A stretch of 62,170 bases of DNA, filler included. It is 3 parts of 3 records of this genome, joined end to end, with 100 filler letters (N's around TTAATTAATTAA, not from the genome) between each part and the next. Parts side by side here need not be neighbours in the genome. Positions count along the whole stretch, not along the records: positions 27,621 to 54,434 come from SRR31156797_1860; 2 more parts are not named here. One strand, written 5' to 3'. Below the pieces are notes generated by a model. It searched no databases. It was given only the letters and a program-made list of their open reading frames with translations, and was not told the DNA's origin. The position numbers were made by a program, and so were the translations under genes. The first letter of the stretch is position 1; each line of letters starts with the position of its first letter. Positions 40,468-51,480 of this stretch are shown here, in pieces.

Positions 40468-40935
40468 CTAGGTATCGTTAAACGAGTGATAATTGTACAG
40501 AATCGTAGCACGACAGGACGAGGTCTTGCCGTTTATATACTCCCTAAAAAATGCTCTTGTGTAGGAATGCAGGGGAAGATTCAGCGCATCCCTCACGGAA
40601 ACCCACACGAACTCCTGCCCCTCCTCATTCAAGGTCACTTGGATTGAGGTTGTCGAACAGGCAAAACCGATATACACGAAGTGTCTTTTTGTATGAGAGT
40701 TTTGATTAAAAATGGCTTCCTGCAATGCCAGGAGTTGGATATTCTCAATCTCCAATCCGGTCTCTTCCTTGACTTCCCGCCGTAGGGCTTGCTCAAAGGT
40801 TTCTCCTCTTTCGATGTGTCCGCCGGGAGGGACAAACCTGTTATTAAATTTTTCCTCTTTGATTAAGAGTATCTGTCCATCTGGATTGAAGATAAACGCA
40901 CCAACCGTTGGTTCTGGATAGCATTTTTTTCCCAT
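40468..40935 (-). CDS. NUDIX hydrolase
   Basis: Nudix box PGGHIERGETFEQALRREVKEETG; probable start at 40935. Confidence 0.9.
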   Translation of the reverse strand: MGKKCYPEPTVGAFIFNPDGQILLIKEEKFNNRFVPPGGHIERGETFEQALRREVKEETGLEIENIQLLALQEAIFNQNSHTKRHFVYIGFACSTTSIQVTLNEEGQEFVWVSVRDALNLPLHSYTRAFFREYINGKTSSCRATILYNYHSFNDT

Positions 40936-41145
40936 CGCTTCGTTCTCTCTTTTTCCATTAATCGGTGAACATTGCATGGTTGCCAACCTTTTTTTAGCAA
41001 ATATGAGGCAGAAGTGTTTTTACAGCAGCACCAACTGCTGGACATGGCATTTGCCGTATCCTTGTCTTTGCAGGGCGGCACTAAGCGGATCAGCTTCATC
41101 TATGAATGGAAGGTGATCAGGGAGATGCTGAATCAACTTGGAGGA

Positions 41146-43179
41146 CTATAGTAATTTAAACTTTTTCAGCTTAGCGTATATCGTGTTCCGGCCGATACCC
41201 ATTGCCTTGGCTATCTGAGTGATATTGCCTTCATATTGCTCAAGGGCCTGCGTGAGCACTTGTTTTTGAATTTCATCAAAGTTGAGCGATGAGAACCGTT
41301 GTGGCTGTTCTTTGTCCAGGAGGCATGGTTGCCATGTTGCCTGTTGTATCTTCTCCGGCAATGATTCAAAGCTTAATGTATCTCCCTCCATAAGGATGAG
41401 GGATGATTCAATAACATGCCGTAGTTCACGGATATTGCCAGGCCAGGGGTAGGTAGCAAGTGCCTCGCGATACTCTGAATCCACCCCGTCAATCTGTCGA
41501 TCCAGTTTTTGGGTGAACTCTTTGATGAAATGGTCTGCCAGGCGCTGAACATCACCTCCTCTTTCACAGAGAGGCGGTAAGGTGAGAAGAACCACATGAA
41601 GACGATAATACAAATCCTGACGAAACTTTCCTTCCTCGACCATCGCTTCCATATCCCGATTCGTGGCGGCAATCACCCGTACATCAACGGGGATGGTCTG
41701 TTTTCCACCAACCCTGACAATCTGCTTCTCATCCAGAACCCTTAGTAGGTTCACCTGAATGGCAAGAGGCATTTCTCCGATCTCATCCAGAAAAAGGGTT
41801 CCCCCTGCAGCCTGTTCAAACTTGCCAGGTTGTCCACCTCGCCGGGCGCCGGTAAATGCACCTTCGACATAACCAAACAGTTCGCTTTGAATCAGGTCCG
41901 CCGCAATGGCACCGCAATTTACCGCCACAAAGGGTTTTTTCGCCCGAGGGCTTGATTTATGCAAACCGCGCGCCATAACTTCCTTGCCGGTACCACTGGG
42001 ACCGAGAACAAGAACTGTTGTGTCGGTAGCGGCAACCCGGCTTGCCATTTTCAGCGTTCGTTGAAAAGCACTACTGTCCCCAATCATATCCACAAAACCA
42101 TAGTTCTCATTGTGCCGAAGGCGTGGTTTATTGGAAACAGGAGGTGGAGGGTATATACAGAGTGTAAGGCCATGCAAGTGGTTGAAAGTATTAACCAAAG
42201 GCGCAGCAAAGGTATTCCAGGTCGGATTGTGAAGACAACGCAGCTCAACCATTGTCTCCGGGTCAGACCACTTGTCTTCCAATTGCTGGTCAAAAAATGG
42301 TGAGAGGTCAAACCATTGAGAGGCATCCCTGCCGCAAAGTATTTGCAACGAGCTGCCCAATAACTTGGCAGCGAGTTTGTTGCCATAACAAATCTTTCCA
42401 AACCGGTCCAATGTAAGCAGGCCAATGGCGTTGTTGTTCAGCATCCTGCCGACTATTCCCATACACTGCTGCTGAAAAAACAGTGCTTCAATGGCTCTGG
42501 CGTAATATACAGCCAACGCCAGATTTCGACTGTGGTCGGTGTGGAGGGGGCCGGAGATATCGACACAGCCTTTCAGGGATCCATCAACACCAAAAATTGG
42601 AGCAGCTGAACAAATCCAATTTTGGCTACTCTCACAAAAATGCTCTTGACCAATCACCCGCAGTGGCAGGCCGCTGGCAAGAGCTGTGCCGATAGCGTTC
42701 GTGCCCACGCTCTTTTCCGTCCAGTTTGCACCTGGCCCAAAGTGAATGGAGTGAGCCATACGAAGAGCTTTATATGACCCAACCGTACCCGTCAGGTACC
42801 CGTGCCGGTCACAAATCGTGAATAACAATTCCTTTTCGTTAAGAAACGCAGAGAGTTCACCTGTCGTATTTTTTATTAAATTACCCAGAAATCGATGTTC
42901 GGCATCTTTGTTTTGTTCCTCATTAAAATTTTTACATCTCTTCAGGCTCGGATCTACGCCCATTTGAAGGCAACGCTCCCACGAATCGTGAACGCTTGTT
43001 TTAATATAGTCTTGATTAGGTTTTTTATTATCGACAAATTGCCGCCATACCTCCTTGTCCAGTTCGCTTTCGAATTCCAGAGGTAATATGCCGGAGGAAA
43101 ACTGAGGCGTTATAACGACTTCACTCTTGCGAGGCTTCGCAATTGTGTATTTGTCTTTTTTTCTAATGAGTTCGTGCAT
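41146..43179 (-). CDS. acoR: Sigma54-dependent activator AcoR (GAF-PAS-AAA+-HTH)
   Basis: [43 protein letters not shown], Fis-type HTH; divergent from the aco operon. Confidence 0.9.
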   Translation of the reverse strand: MHELIRKKDKYTIAKPRKSEVVITPQFSSGILPLEFESELDKEVWRQFVDNKKPNQDYIKTSVHDSWERCLQMGVDPSLKRCKNFNEEQNKDAEHRFLGNLIKNTTGELSAFLNEKELLFTICDRHGYLTGTVGSYKALRMAHSIHFGPGANWTEKSVGTNAIGTALASGLPLRVIGQEHFCESSQNWICSAAPIFGVDGSLKGCVDISGPLHTDHSRNLALAVYYARAIEALFFQQQCMGIVGRMLNNNAIGLLTLDRFGKICYGNKLAAKLLGSSLQILCGRDASQWFDLSPFFDQQLEDKWSDPETMVELRCLHNPTWNTFAAPLVNTFNHLHGLTLCIYPPPPVSNKPRLRHNENYGFVDMIGDSSAFQRTLKMASRVAATDTTVLVLGPSGTGKEVMARGLHKSSPRAKKPFVAVNCGAIAADLIQSELFGYVEGAFTGARRGGQPGKFEQAAGGTLFLDEIGEMPLAIQVNLLRVLDEKQIVRVGGKQTIPVDVRVIAATNRDMEAMVEEGKFRQDLYYRLHVVLLTLPPLCERGGDVQRLADHFIKEFTQKLDRQIDGVDSEYREALATYPWPGNIRELRHVIESSLILMEGDTLSFESLPEKIQQATWQPCLLDKEQPQRFSSLNFDEIQKQVLTQALEQYEGNITQIAKAMGIGRNTIYAKLKKFKLL

Positions 43180-43350
43180 AAGAATTTCTCAAAACCCGAC
43201 CAAAACAGTAAAAACGACCAATCATTTTTTTCCTCTCTCTTCTGTCACCAACAAAAGATAAAGAAACAAAGGAATAGCTCCTTTGTCCGTTTCTATTGAC
43301 AGCACGCGAGACGAGGGCAAGTGATATATCGTAAATAAACTTTGTCTAAA

Positions 43351-43367
43351 TGTTCTATTACCGAACA
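43351..43367. promoter_or_regulatory. Candidate AcoR upstream activator site 1
   Basis: TGTTC-tattacc-GAACA. Confidence 0.7.
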
Positions 43368-43440
43368 GCCTTCCTGCGTTATTATACTAGAAATACAGAG
43401 AGATAGCAATTTTTTTTGTCGTGCGTGCACTTCTATGAGA

Positions 43441-43457
43441 TGTTCCATTTTCGAACA
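43441..43457. promoter_or_regulatory. Candidate AcoR upstream activator site 2
   Basis: TGTTC-cattttc-GAACA. Confidence 0.7.
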
Positions 43458-43633
43458 GTCCTTGTTGTTTCTGGAAGTTATTTTTCCGTCCACAGCCATC
43501 TTTTCACTCCTCCAGCTGGTTACTTTCTTGAGGAACCGCAGGTATGAGATTTTTCTCATTTGCCTGTATCCGGGCGGCATCGTAACAAAATGAAAAAGAG
43601 ATGAAGAGAAAATTTTTCTTTTTTGCTTTTCGT

Positions 43634-43650
43634 TTGGATTGCATTTTGCA
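43634..43650 (+). promoter_or_regulatory. Sigma54 promoter of the aco operon
   Basis: TTGGATTGCATTTTGCA = GG-N10-GC. Confidence 0.7.
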
Positions 43651-43757
43651 AAGAGGGCGTAACATTTAATTTTGCATGGATAATTCAGATGTAAGGAAAG
43701 AGCAACATATCCGTTGGGATTAGGATTCGATCGACTTAGACAAAGGAGGCAGATACT

Positions 43758-45089
43758 GTGGCAACAGACATACTTATGCCCAAATGGGGCCTGACCATGA
43801 AGGAAGGAAAACTTTCCAAATGGTTAAAAGATGAAGGTGATAGCGTCAAAGCGGGAGAGGCTATCTTTGAAGTGGAAACCGATAAAATCACCAATACGGT
43901 GGAGGCAGCCGAGGATGGGGTGTTGTTTCAGATCGTTGTGCCCGCCGGTGAAACCGTAGCAGTAAAAACGGTGGTAGGGGTGCTGGCAGCTGCAGGTGAG
44001 ACCCCTGAGAAAAAAGAGGCAAGCGGGGCGACAGCGGCTACGGAACAATCTGCATCAAAAGAAGTGGCGAGTAAAAAAGCCAAAACAGGAGAATTCGTTC
44101 TGGCCACACCAATTGCTCGCCGTCTTGCCAAAGAGCAAGGCATTGATTTAGCAGACGTGACAGGTACCGGTCCTAACGGCAGGGTAACTGAAAAAGATGT
44201 TCTCGGCTACACTCCAGAGCCTGATGAATATGACTCCTTCAATGCTGCACCTCAGGCAATAGACCTGGCAAGAAAATCAGGTATTGATCTATCGGATATT
44301 ACCGGAAGCGGTGAAGGCGGCAAGATTCTCAAGGTAGACATCCTGCGAGCTATGCAACCAGCCGTTGACCAGAAAAAAGCGAAGGAAGCTGACATGCCTG
44401 AAATCATCCCATTTACTGGCATGCGCAAAATTATCGCTGACAACATGATGGCCAGTTTGCACAATATGGCACAGCTTACGGCCTTTGTTGAATGTGATAT
44501 TACCGAAATGACCGCCTTTCGTGACCGTGTGCGGACCAAGAATGCAAAACGAGAAGACATACCACGTGTTTCTTATAATGATATCATCGCGTTGGCTGTC
44601 AGCAGAACCCTCATGAAATTCCCTTACATGAATTCCTGGCTCACCGAAGAAGGTATTGTCAGGCATAAGCAGGTAAATCTTGGCATTGCTGTTGCTTTGG
44701 ATAACGGTCTGGTTGTGCCACATGTCAAGGAAGCCGAGAAAAAATCATTAACTGAATTGGCTGTGGCTATCCGCGATGTTGCAGGGAAGGCAAGAGAAGG
44801 TGGCCTTTCCATGGATGAACTTCAGGGGGGAACCTTCACTATAAGTAATGTGAGTATGTTGGGTGTGGATGGTTTTACACCAATTATTAATCCACCAGAA
44901 ATTGCCATTCTCGGTGTCGGCCGTGCTGTACAGCGTCCGGCTGTGGCCGCCGATGGTCAGATCGTCAGCCGCACGATGATGACCCTCAGCCTTACCTTTG
45001 ACCACCGGGTAGCCGATGGTGCTCCTGCCATGAACTTCTTGCGTGGTTTGGCGGATTGCCTGGAAGACCCTGCCATGATACTTGCCTAA
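43758..45089 (+). CDS. acoC: Acetoin dehydrogenase E2, dihydrolipoamide acetyltransferase
   Basis: AGGAGG RBS and GTG start; lipoyl ETDKIT; two peripheral-subunit-binding domains; DHRVADG. Confidence 0.92.
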   Translation: MATDILMPKWGLTMKEGKLSKWLKDEGDSVKAGEAIFEVETDKITNTVEAAEDGVLFQIVVPAGETVAVKTVVGVLAAAGETPEKKEASGATAATEQSASKEVASKKAKTGEFVLATPIARRLAKEQGIDLADVTGTGPNGRVTEKDVLGYTPEPDEYDSFNAAPQAIDLARKSGIDLSDITGSGEGGKILKVDILRAMQPAVDQKKAKEADMPEIIPFTGMRKIIADNMMASLHNMAQLTAFVECDITEMTAFRDRVRTKNAKREDIPRVSYNDIIALAVSRTLMKFPYMNSWLTEEGIVRHKQVNLGIAVALDNGLVVPHVKEAEKKSLTELAVAIRDVAGKAREGGLSMDELQGGTFTISNVSMLGVDGFTPIINPPEIAILGVGRAVQRPAVAADGQIVSRTMMTLSLTFDHRVADGAPAMNFLRGLADCLEDPAMILA

Positions 45090-45105
45090 CACGAGAGCGT
45101 AACGG

Positions 45106-45471
45106 ATGGAAAAGAAAAGGTTTGTTGTTGAGCTGGGCAGTGGTGCGGATCTCCACGGTATGGATGCCACCAAGGCCGCCTGCCGGGCGGTATGCGATGC
45201 CATCAGGCATAGCTGCTTGTGCGGGGTGGTGGAAATTTTAGGTCGCAGCAGCTTTGAAGGAGTAATTATTGAGGTATTGGTGGCCTCTCCTTTTCCCGAA
45301 CAGGTTGACACCGACAAGGTCCTGGCCGAATTGCCCATCGGCAAATGTAGCCTCCATTCGGTGAAAGGAGGCATGTTGGCCGAGGGGCTCTGTGTGGATA
45401 CTTTCGGTAAAGGCTGTTCTTCCATTCTCGTTGCCAACGCGGCAATCACTGTTTTTGTGGAAATCGACTAA
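45106..45471 (+). CDS. Lin0512 family protein
   Basis: ELGSGADLHGMDATKAACRAVCDAIRHS, LPIG, GG, ANAAITV. Confidence 0.8.
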   Translation: MEKKRFVVELGSGADLHGMDATKAACRAVCDAIRHSCLCGVVEILGRSSFEGVIIEVLVASPFPEQVDTDKVLAELPIGKCSLHSVKGGMLAEGLCVDTFGKGCSSILVANAAITVFVEID

Positions 45472-45612
45472 ACATTTGTATCGAGCCGGTGGCCCCTAGT
45501 GCCATGACACCTCAAGTATAACTTATTATCAGGAACATGCATGATGCCCTGTCGCCGATACAACTTCAATATTGACCTCTATTCAAAGTCATGAGCAACC
45601 AAGGAGGAAGTA

Positions 45613-46572
45613 ATGACAAAAAGTAAGGAAAAAATGATCCAAATGTATACGACCATGTACCGGATTCGTCAGTTTGAAAGCAAACTGCAAGATTTCTTTG
45701 CAGCCAGCAAAATTCCCGGTTTTGTGCACCTTTATCTGGGTGAAGAGGCTGTGGCTGCCGGAACCTGCGCTGCTTTACGTGACGATGACTACATCACCAG
45801 CACACACCGTGGACATGGACACCTGATCGCCAAGGGTGGAGACCTCAAATTAATGATGGCCGAGATCTTTGGTAAAAGTACCGGATACTGCAAAGGTAAG
45901 GGTGGTTCCATGCACATAGCCGACGTGAATCTTGGTATCCTTGGTGCCAACGGTATCGTTGGTGGTGGTGGCCCTATTGCTGCCGGGGCCGGCATGGCCA
46001 TTCAATACCGGGGTGAAGATCGAGTCGCGGTTTGTTTCTTTGGCGATGGTGCTTCCAATCAGGGTACGACGCAAGAGGCACTTAACCTGGCTAGCGCTTG
46101 GGAGCTTCCGGTTGTCTTTGTTAATGAAAATAATGGATACGGCATATCTTGTCCTATCAGTAAATCCATGGCAATCACAGATATTGCCGACCGTGCCGCA
46201 GCCTATGACATGCCCGGCGTTATTGTAGACGGAAATGATGTCGTTGCCGTAAACGAGGCAATCTCTGCAGCCGTTGAGCGGGCGCGTAAGGGAGAGGGAC
46301 CTTCCCTGGTTGAATGTAAAACCTACCGTTGGCGTGGCCATTTTGAAGGCGATGCCTGTACCTACCGGGAGAAGGACGAACTCGACGAGTGGGTCAAGAA
46401 AGATCCGATCCCGCGTTTTGCCAAAAAACTGCTGGATGAGGAGATCCTCACCAAAAAGGAACTCGACAAACTGCATGCCGACGTAAATAAAGAATTGCAG
46501 GAGGCTATTACCTTTGCAGAAGAGAGCCCTCTGCCGGAACCTGCAGATATGTTTGAAGATATTTATGCCTGA
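45613..46572 (+). CDS. acoA: Acetoin:TPP-dependent dehydrogenase E1 alpha
   Basis: PGFVHLYLGEEA, STHRGHGH, GKGGSMH, FFGDGASNQG, YRWRGHFEGD. Confidence 0.93.
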   Translation: MTKSKEKMIQMYTTMYRIRQFESKLQDFFAASKIPGFVHLYLGEEAVAAGTCAALRDDDYITSTHRGHGHLIAKGGDLKLMMAEIFGKSTGYCKGKGGSMHIADVNLGILGANGIVGGGGPIAAGAGMAIQYRGEDRVAVCFFGDGASNQGTTQEALNLASAWELPVVFVNENNGYGISCPISKSMAITDIADRAAAYDMPGVIVDGNDVVAVNEAISAAVERARKGEGPSLVECKTYRWRGHFEGDACTYREKDELDEWVKKDPIPRFAKKLLDEEILTKKELDKLHADVNKELQEAITFAEESPLPEPADMFEDIYA

Positions 46573-46637
46573 GAGGATAACCGGGGATAACATACCAATC
46601 TGACGTTTACGTGATACTTAATTTTCTGGAGGAATAC

Positions 46638-47612
46638 ATGGCACAAAAAACATATATGCAGGCGCTCAATGACGCCTTACGCGAAGAAATGGAAAGCGAT
46701 TCCAATGTACTCGTCTTCGGTGAAGATGTCGGTCAATTTGGAGGCTGTTTTGGTGTAACCAAGGGGCTTTACGAGCAATTTGGCGAAAAGCGAGTACGCG
46801 ATACTCCAATTACCGAAAGCGCTATTATCGGCGCGGCTACGGGTGCTGCGGCTGCCGGTTTACGACCAGTCTGCGAACTGATGTTTGTAGACTTTATCGG
46901 TGTCTGCATGGATCAGCTTTTTAATCAGGCAGCCAAGATGCGATACATGTTTGGTGGCAAGACCACCATCCCTATGGTCGTCAGGGCACCCCAGGGAGCC
47001 GGAATCGGCGCCGCCGCCCAGCATTCACAGTCTCTGGAGGCCTGGTTCATGCACATACCAGGACTGAAGGTAGCTATGCCTGCGACCCCAGCTGATGCTT
47101 ACGGCCTATTACTTACAGCCATTCGAGATGACAATCCGGTTATGTTCCTTGAACACAAGCTGCTCTACGGCGTTGAAGGCGAGGTTCCTGAAAATGCCGG
47201 TCCTATTCCCTTTGGTCAGGCTAATGTCTGTAGAGAAGGTACTGACGTCACTATCGTTGCCTTTTCCAAAATGGTCTACAGTGCTCTTGAAGCTGCTGAG
47301 GCGTTGGCTGCCAAGGGAATCAGCGCAGAAGTCATTGATCCGCGCACAGTGGCACCGCTGGATATGGATACCATTCTCAATTCCGTAAAAAAGACCCACA
47401 ATCTGGTCGTGGCTCACGAAGCGGTTAAAGTAGCCGGAGCAGGGGCAGAAATCGCAGCACAGGTGGCTGAAGAAGCTATTGATTACCTGGATGCACCTAT
47501 CATGCGTGTAGGAGCACCTTTTACCCCAGTACCATTTTCACCTCCATTGGAGGAAGCATTCATTCCGGGTGCTGAAAACATTGTTGCTGCAGTTGAAAAA
47601 ATGCGTTCCTGA
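46638..47612 (+). CDS. acoB: Acetoin dehydrogenase E1 beta
   Basis: GGAGG RBS; GEDVG, DTPITES, QHSQSLEAW, EHKLLY. Confidence 0.93.
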   Translation: MAQKTYMQALNDALREEMESDSNVLVFGEDVGQFGGCFGVTKGLYEQFGEKRVRDTPITESAIIGAATGAAAAGLRPVCELMFVDFIGVCMDQLFNQAAKMRYMFGGKTTIPMVVRAPQGAGIGAAAQHSQSLEAWFMHIPGLKVAMPATPADAYGLLLTAIRDDNPVMFLEHKLLYGVEGEVPENAGPIPFGQANVCREGTDVTIVAFSKMVYSALEAAEALAAKGISAEVIDPRTVAPLDMDTILNSVKKTHNLVVAHEAVKVAGAGAEIAAQVAEEAIDYLDAPIMRVGAPFTPVPFSPPLEEAFIPGAENIVAAVEKMRS

Positions 47613-47639
47613 TTTCAACAACGAAAGAGAAGAATCATT

Positions 47640-48623
47640 ATGACAACAGTCGGTATCATCGCCAACCCTATTTCAGGCAAAGACATTCGCCGCCTTGTAG
47701 CCCACGGCAGTGTTTTTGATAATCAGGAAAAGGTGCGTATTGTAAGGCGCCTTTTGGTTGGTCTTGCCTGGGCTGGAGTGAAACGGGTAATTTTCATGCC
47801 CGATTACTACTCCATTGTTCAGCGAGCGCACAAGGGTGCCCACACAGCTATTGATATAGAATCAGCTCCAATGTGTGTTGACAATACCCAGGAAGACTCA
47901 ACGAAAGCAGCCCGGCTGATGGTCCAAGCCGGGGTCAGTTGTATCTTTGTTTTGGGAGGTGACGGCACAAGCCGGGCTGTGACCAAAGGGAACGTAACGA
48001 TACCGATTTTGCCTATTTCCACAGGCACCAATAATGTTTTCCCTTTTATGATGGAGGCGACCATAGCTGGTCTGGCCGGAGGTATTATTGCCACCGGACA
48101 GATCAGTTTGGAGGAAGGCTGTTTTCGATCTCCCAGTATTGAGATACTTGATGGGGAAGGCTCGATTCTTGATATCGCTTTGGTGGACGCAGCGGTTCAT
48201 ACGGATACCTTTATCGGGTCCAAGGCCATTTGGAGCCTAGATCAGGTGTCTCAAATTTTTCTGACCCGTTGTCGACCAGATAGTATTGGTCTTTCGGCTA
48301 TAGGAGGCCAACTTCACACCATCAGCCCACAAGAGCAGCAAGGCTTGCATCTTATATTGGGCGAAGGAGGCAAGATGGTGACTGCCCCTATTGCTCCCGG
48401 ATTGATGGAACCTGTAGCTATTGCAGGGGAGGCTTCGCTGCAGGTGGGGGACACCGTTTTGATCAATGAATCTCCCTGTATCATTGCCCTAGATGGTGAA
48501 CGTGAGGTTGAGGTTAGGCGTGGAAAACATGTCTCCATCAGTTTTTCCAGCAATGGTCCCTTGGTGATAGATGTTCCCAAAGTGATGGCACTAGCCCAGC
48601 AAGCCAAGCTTTTTGTTAAATAA
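47640..48623 (+). CDS. acoX: AcoX (ATP-NAD/AcoX kinase family)
   Basis: GIIANPISGKDIRRLVA, LGGDGT, STGTNNVFP, ALDGERE. Confidence 0.9.
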   Translation: MTTVGIIANPISGKDIRRLVAHGSVFDNQEKVRIVRRLLVGLAWAGVKRVIFMPDYYSIVQRAHKGAHTAIDIESAPMCVDNTQEDSTKAARLMVQAGVSCIFVLGGDGTSRAVTKGNVTIPILPISTGTNNVFPFMMEATIAGLAGGIIATGQISLEEGCFRSPSIEILDGEGSILDIALVDAAVHTDTFIGSKAIWSLDQVSQIFLTRCRPDSIGLSAIGGQLHTISPQEQQGLHLILGEGGKMVTAPIAPGLMEPVAIAGEASLQVGDTVLINESPCIIALDGEREVEVRRGKHVSISFSSNGPLVIDVPKVMALAQQAKLFVK

Positions 48624-48701
48624 GAACAGGCTGGCAATATCACTACTCATCCGGTGTTTGTTTATCCCTCGCCCTGAATTAAAAAATAAGGAGAAGCATC
48701 A

Positions 48702-49016
48702 ATGACTGACATAATAAAAGCTGCATTTGTCTTTCTCGCACCGGAAGCAAATCCTGGCAAACACCGGCAGTGGATAAAAACCCCTGTAGTACACGTGGTG
48801 ACTGTTGGGGTCACAAATTATCCAGAAGCCGTGGCAACGTGCAAGGAACTGGTCCAAGATGACGGTGTGAAGGCAATTGAACTGTGTGGTGGTTTCGGTA
48901 ATCGCGGCACAGCACTTGTTGCCGAAGCCGTAGGTAATGATGTCGCTGTGGGAGCGGTACGTTTCGACGTGCACCCAGGGCTTGGTAACGTCAGCGGCGA
49001 TACAATTTTTGGTTAA
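48702..49016 (+). CDS. DUF6506-like small protein
   Basis: KAAFVFLAP, IELCGGFG, VRFDVHP; co-oriented within the operon. Confidence 0.7.
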   Translation: MTDIIKAAFVFLAPEANPGKHRQWIKTPVVHVVTVGVTNYPEAVATCKELVQDDGVKAIELCGGFGNRGTALVAEAVGNDVAVGAVRFDVHPGLGNVSGDTIFG

Positions 49017-49129
49017 TCCATCCCAACCGATATTCACAACGTGTTGGTCAACTTGAGAGTGAACTGATTACGGTTTTTTCTTCGATTTGGAAGCGAAATG
49101 ATCACTTTTAACATATGGAGGGGTTCAGT

Positions 49130-50188
49130 ATGAAAGCAGCGAAGTGGTACGGACAAAAGGACATTCGCGTTGAAGATGTAGCTAACCCACCCGCACCAAA
49201 TCCAGGTGAAGTGCAAGTAAAAGTTGCCTGGTGTGGAATTTGCGGGTCTGATCTGCATGAATATCTTGCAGGCCCTATCTTTATCCCAGTCGAGCCGCAT
49301 CCGTTGACGGGAGTAAAAGCGCCGCTGGTTCTTGGTCACGAATTCTCCGGAGAGGTGGTTGCAGTTGGAGAAGGTGTGGAGACTGTCGGTGTTGGCGACT
49401 ATGTTGCACCGGATGCCTGTCAGCACTGTGGTGTTTGTGTAAACTGCCGTGAAGGGCGCTATAATGTGTGCGAAAAGTTAGCCTTTACAGGACTTATGGC
49501 TGACGGAGCTTTTGCAGAATACGTCAATGTTCCCGCGGAACTCTGCTACGTATTACCAAAAGGGTTTGATTTAGAAGCAGCATCCCTTATCGAACCTCTT
49601 GCCACAGGTTTTAAAGCTGTTCGTCTGGCAGGGTCCTTGTTGGGCCAAACTGCAGTAGTTTTAGGAGCCGGCACTATCGGTTTGGGTACGATCATGTGCG
49701 CAAAGGCGGCTGGGGCATCAACAGTAGTGGGAGTCGAGACGGCGACAGCGCGTAAAAAACTGGCCACGGAATGCGGCGCGGATGTCGTACTCGACCCCAA
49801 TAATTGTGACATTGTTGCCGAGATCAAGAAGTTGACCAATGGATCCGGGGCTGAAGTTTCTTTTGAATGCATCGGCCATAAAAATACTGCCCCCCTGGCT
49901 GTTGATGTAATCCGTAATCATGGTAAAGCTGTTATCGTCGGCATTTTCGAGGAGCCGAGCTCTTTTAATTTCTTTAGCTTAAGCGGCACGGATAAAGTGG
50001 TTATAGGTACTTTGGCCTACACAATTGATGATTTTCAGGGTGTAGCTAATCTGCTCGCCAGTGGCCAATTGCAAGCAGAACCTTTGATTACAGGAAGGAT
50101 AGGGCTACAAGATATTGTAGAGAAAGGATTTGATGAATTAGTCAATAATAAGGCGACAAATATTAAAATTATCGTCAGTCCGACCTGA
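49130..50188 (+). CDS. Zn-dependent (R,R)-2,3-butanediol dehydrogenase
   Basis: CGICGSDLHEY, GHEFSG, CxxCxxCx7C, GAGTIG; located in the aco operon. Confidence 0.88.
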   Translation: MKAAKWYGQKDIRVEDVANPPAPNPGEVQVKVAWCGICGSDLHEYLAGPIFIPVEPHPLTGVKAPLVLGHEFSGEVVAVGEGVETVGVGDYVAPDACQHCGVCVNCREGRYNVCEKLAFTGLMADGAFAEYVNVPAELCYVLPKGFDLEAASLIEPLATGFKAVRLAGSLLGQTAVVLGAGTIGLGTIMCAKAAGASTVVGVETATARKKLATECGADVVLDPNNCDIVAEIKKLTNGSGAEVSFECIGHKNTAPLAVDVIRNHGKAVIVGIFEEPSSFNFFSLSGTDKVVIGTLAYTIDDFQGVANLLASGQLQAEPLITGRIGLQDIVEKGFDELVNNKATNIKIIVSPT

Positions 50189-50212
50189 TTATCACGCTCA
50201 TCTCATACGTAG

Positions 50213-50248
50213 AAAAAAGGCTGCCTCAAAAGGGCAGCCCTTTTTTTT
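50213..50248 (+). terminator. Bidirectional terminator at the end of the aco operon
   Basis: AAAAAAGGCTGCC-tcaaaa-GGGCAGCCC-TTTTTTTT. Confidence 0.8.
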
Positions 50249-50294
50249 AAATCCTATAGCCTATGTTCATAGCCTGAAGACAAACAGAAAAAAG

Positions 50295-50327
50295 AAAGGG
50301 GCTATCCCTGGTTTGAGACAGCCCCTT
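50295..50327 (-). terminator. Terminator-like hairpin downstream of the CMD gene
   Basis: AAGGGGCT...AGCCCCTT preceded by an A-run. Confidence 0.6.
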
Positions 50328-50407
50328 GCGCTTTTTTCACAAAGATAAATTTTTAGTTTTAGCCTGACGATTTATGCTCTGTTGTTTTTTTGTTTATGGC
50401 AAACATC

Positions 50408-50734
50408 TCATCCAAACAAGTCTTCCAATGCATCATACACATAGGACATGTACATCAGTTTTGGTGAACCACCCATAGCCACTGCCATAAACGCAGCTTG
50501 AATGATTTCATCTTGGGACGCCCCCATAGATGCGGCAGCCTCAACATGTAAAGCAATACACATTTCACATTGTGACATCACTCCACAGGCAACCATAATC
50601 AGTTCCAGCTCCTTGTGTGGAATTGCGTCGATGGCCGCAAGCTGCTTCGTGAATTCAAGGTACTTGCCATACTCCGTAGGAGAGTATTTGGTTAAATAAG
50701 AAAGGGCCTGGCCGGCTTTTTCAGACGAGTTCAT
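50408..50734 (-). CDS. Carboxymuconolactone decarboxylase / AhpD-like CxxC protein
   Basis: GAGGAG RBS; ELIMVACGVMSQCEMCIALH (E...CxxC...H); GASQDEI. Confidence 0.88.
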   Translation of the reverse strand: MNSSEKAGQALSYLTKYSPTEYGKYLEFTKQLAAIDAIPHKELELIMVACGVMSQCEMCIALHVEAAASMGASQDEIIQAAFMAVAMGGSPKLMYMSYVYDALEDLFG

Positions 50735-50830
50735 ACGTGCTCCTCATTAGATTGTTTTCGAATAAAGGGTTGCTTGGTCGAACCACTGGTGTAGCCGACC
50801 GATTCGATGGTCATTCTCCACCTAGCTCTT

Positions 50831-50846
50831 TGCAGTTTACATGCCT
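50831..50846 (-). promoter_or_regulatory. Sigma54 promoter of the CMD gene
   Basis: Minus strand AGGCATGTAAACTGCA = GG-N10-GC. Confidence 0.6.
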
Positions 50847-51151
50847 AATATTATAATCAAAGTTGCAAAGCGACGTTGTGGAATAGAATTTTTTTTTATA
50901 TTGAATGTAATAACCATTATACCATGCAATATAGTATACAATTGCCTGACAATCTGCTGACGAACAAGCAGGACATCTCTAGTGTTTCATCTTCTGGCCA
51001 TCTTTGTTGTGAGCCAATGGAAAAATTCTCTAAGGAGCATAGCCGACAACTGTAGTTCTCCCCAATCAACGACATTCAAGCTGGCCAAATCCACATGTCG
51101 TCTTGTTGTGATTATTCTGGACATGTGCAACTATTCCAAGCTTACTGTGAC

Positions 51152-51201
51152 TGCTCCAAAAATGAACACCTGGCAGACATAATCTGTTCATTTTTTGAAC
51201 A
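51152..51201. promoter_or_regulatory. Pair of AcoR-type UAS upstream of the CMD gene
   Basis: TGCTC-caaaaat-GAACA (51152-51168) and TGTTC-atttttt-GAACA (51185-51201). Confidence 0.65.
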
Positions 51202-51480
51202 GGTCTGCTTATGTGGATAATTCTGGCCGCAGGAAGAGTTCTGCCGTCATCGGGGGGGGGGCAGCTTGGCGGAAAACCAAAGCTATCGATTACCTGCGAA
51301 GGCAACAGTTACTGGTGCAGAGGAATCAACGGAGGCATAGTGGGAAGTGCTGTGCGAAAAAAAGATAAACCCTGTCGGCAGCAAAACGACAGAATCTACC
51401 AAGAATTGGTCACTTGAATCCTCCGCAGAGGAGGGATCAATCAGATGGCATGTTTTCTGAGTTATCTTTAAAACGGAAAG

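Noticed and set aside
40226-40647. Plus-strand ORFs around the NUDIX gene
   Set aside because: Atypical composition and antisense overlap.
40972-41151. Open plus-strand frame (..FFSKYEAEVFLQQHQLLDMAFAVSLSLQGG..) between NUDIX and acoR
   Set aside because: Might be a gene remnant, but there is no RBS or recognisable family, so it cannot be supported.
44748-46593. Long antisense ORFs 44748-45449 and 45850-46593
   Set aside because: Mirror frames of acoC, Lin0512 and acoA.
50982-51417. Short ORFs or a possible ncRNA (G10 tract, GC-rich stems) between CMD and MBL
   Set aside because: Region is largely explained by the UAS pair and a terminator-like stem; no riboswitch consensus recognised.
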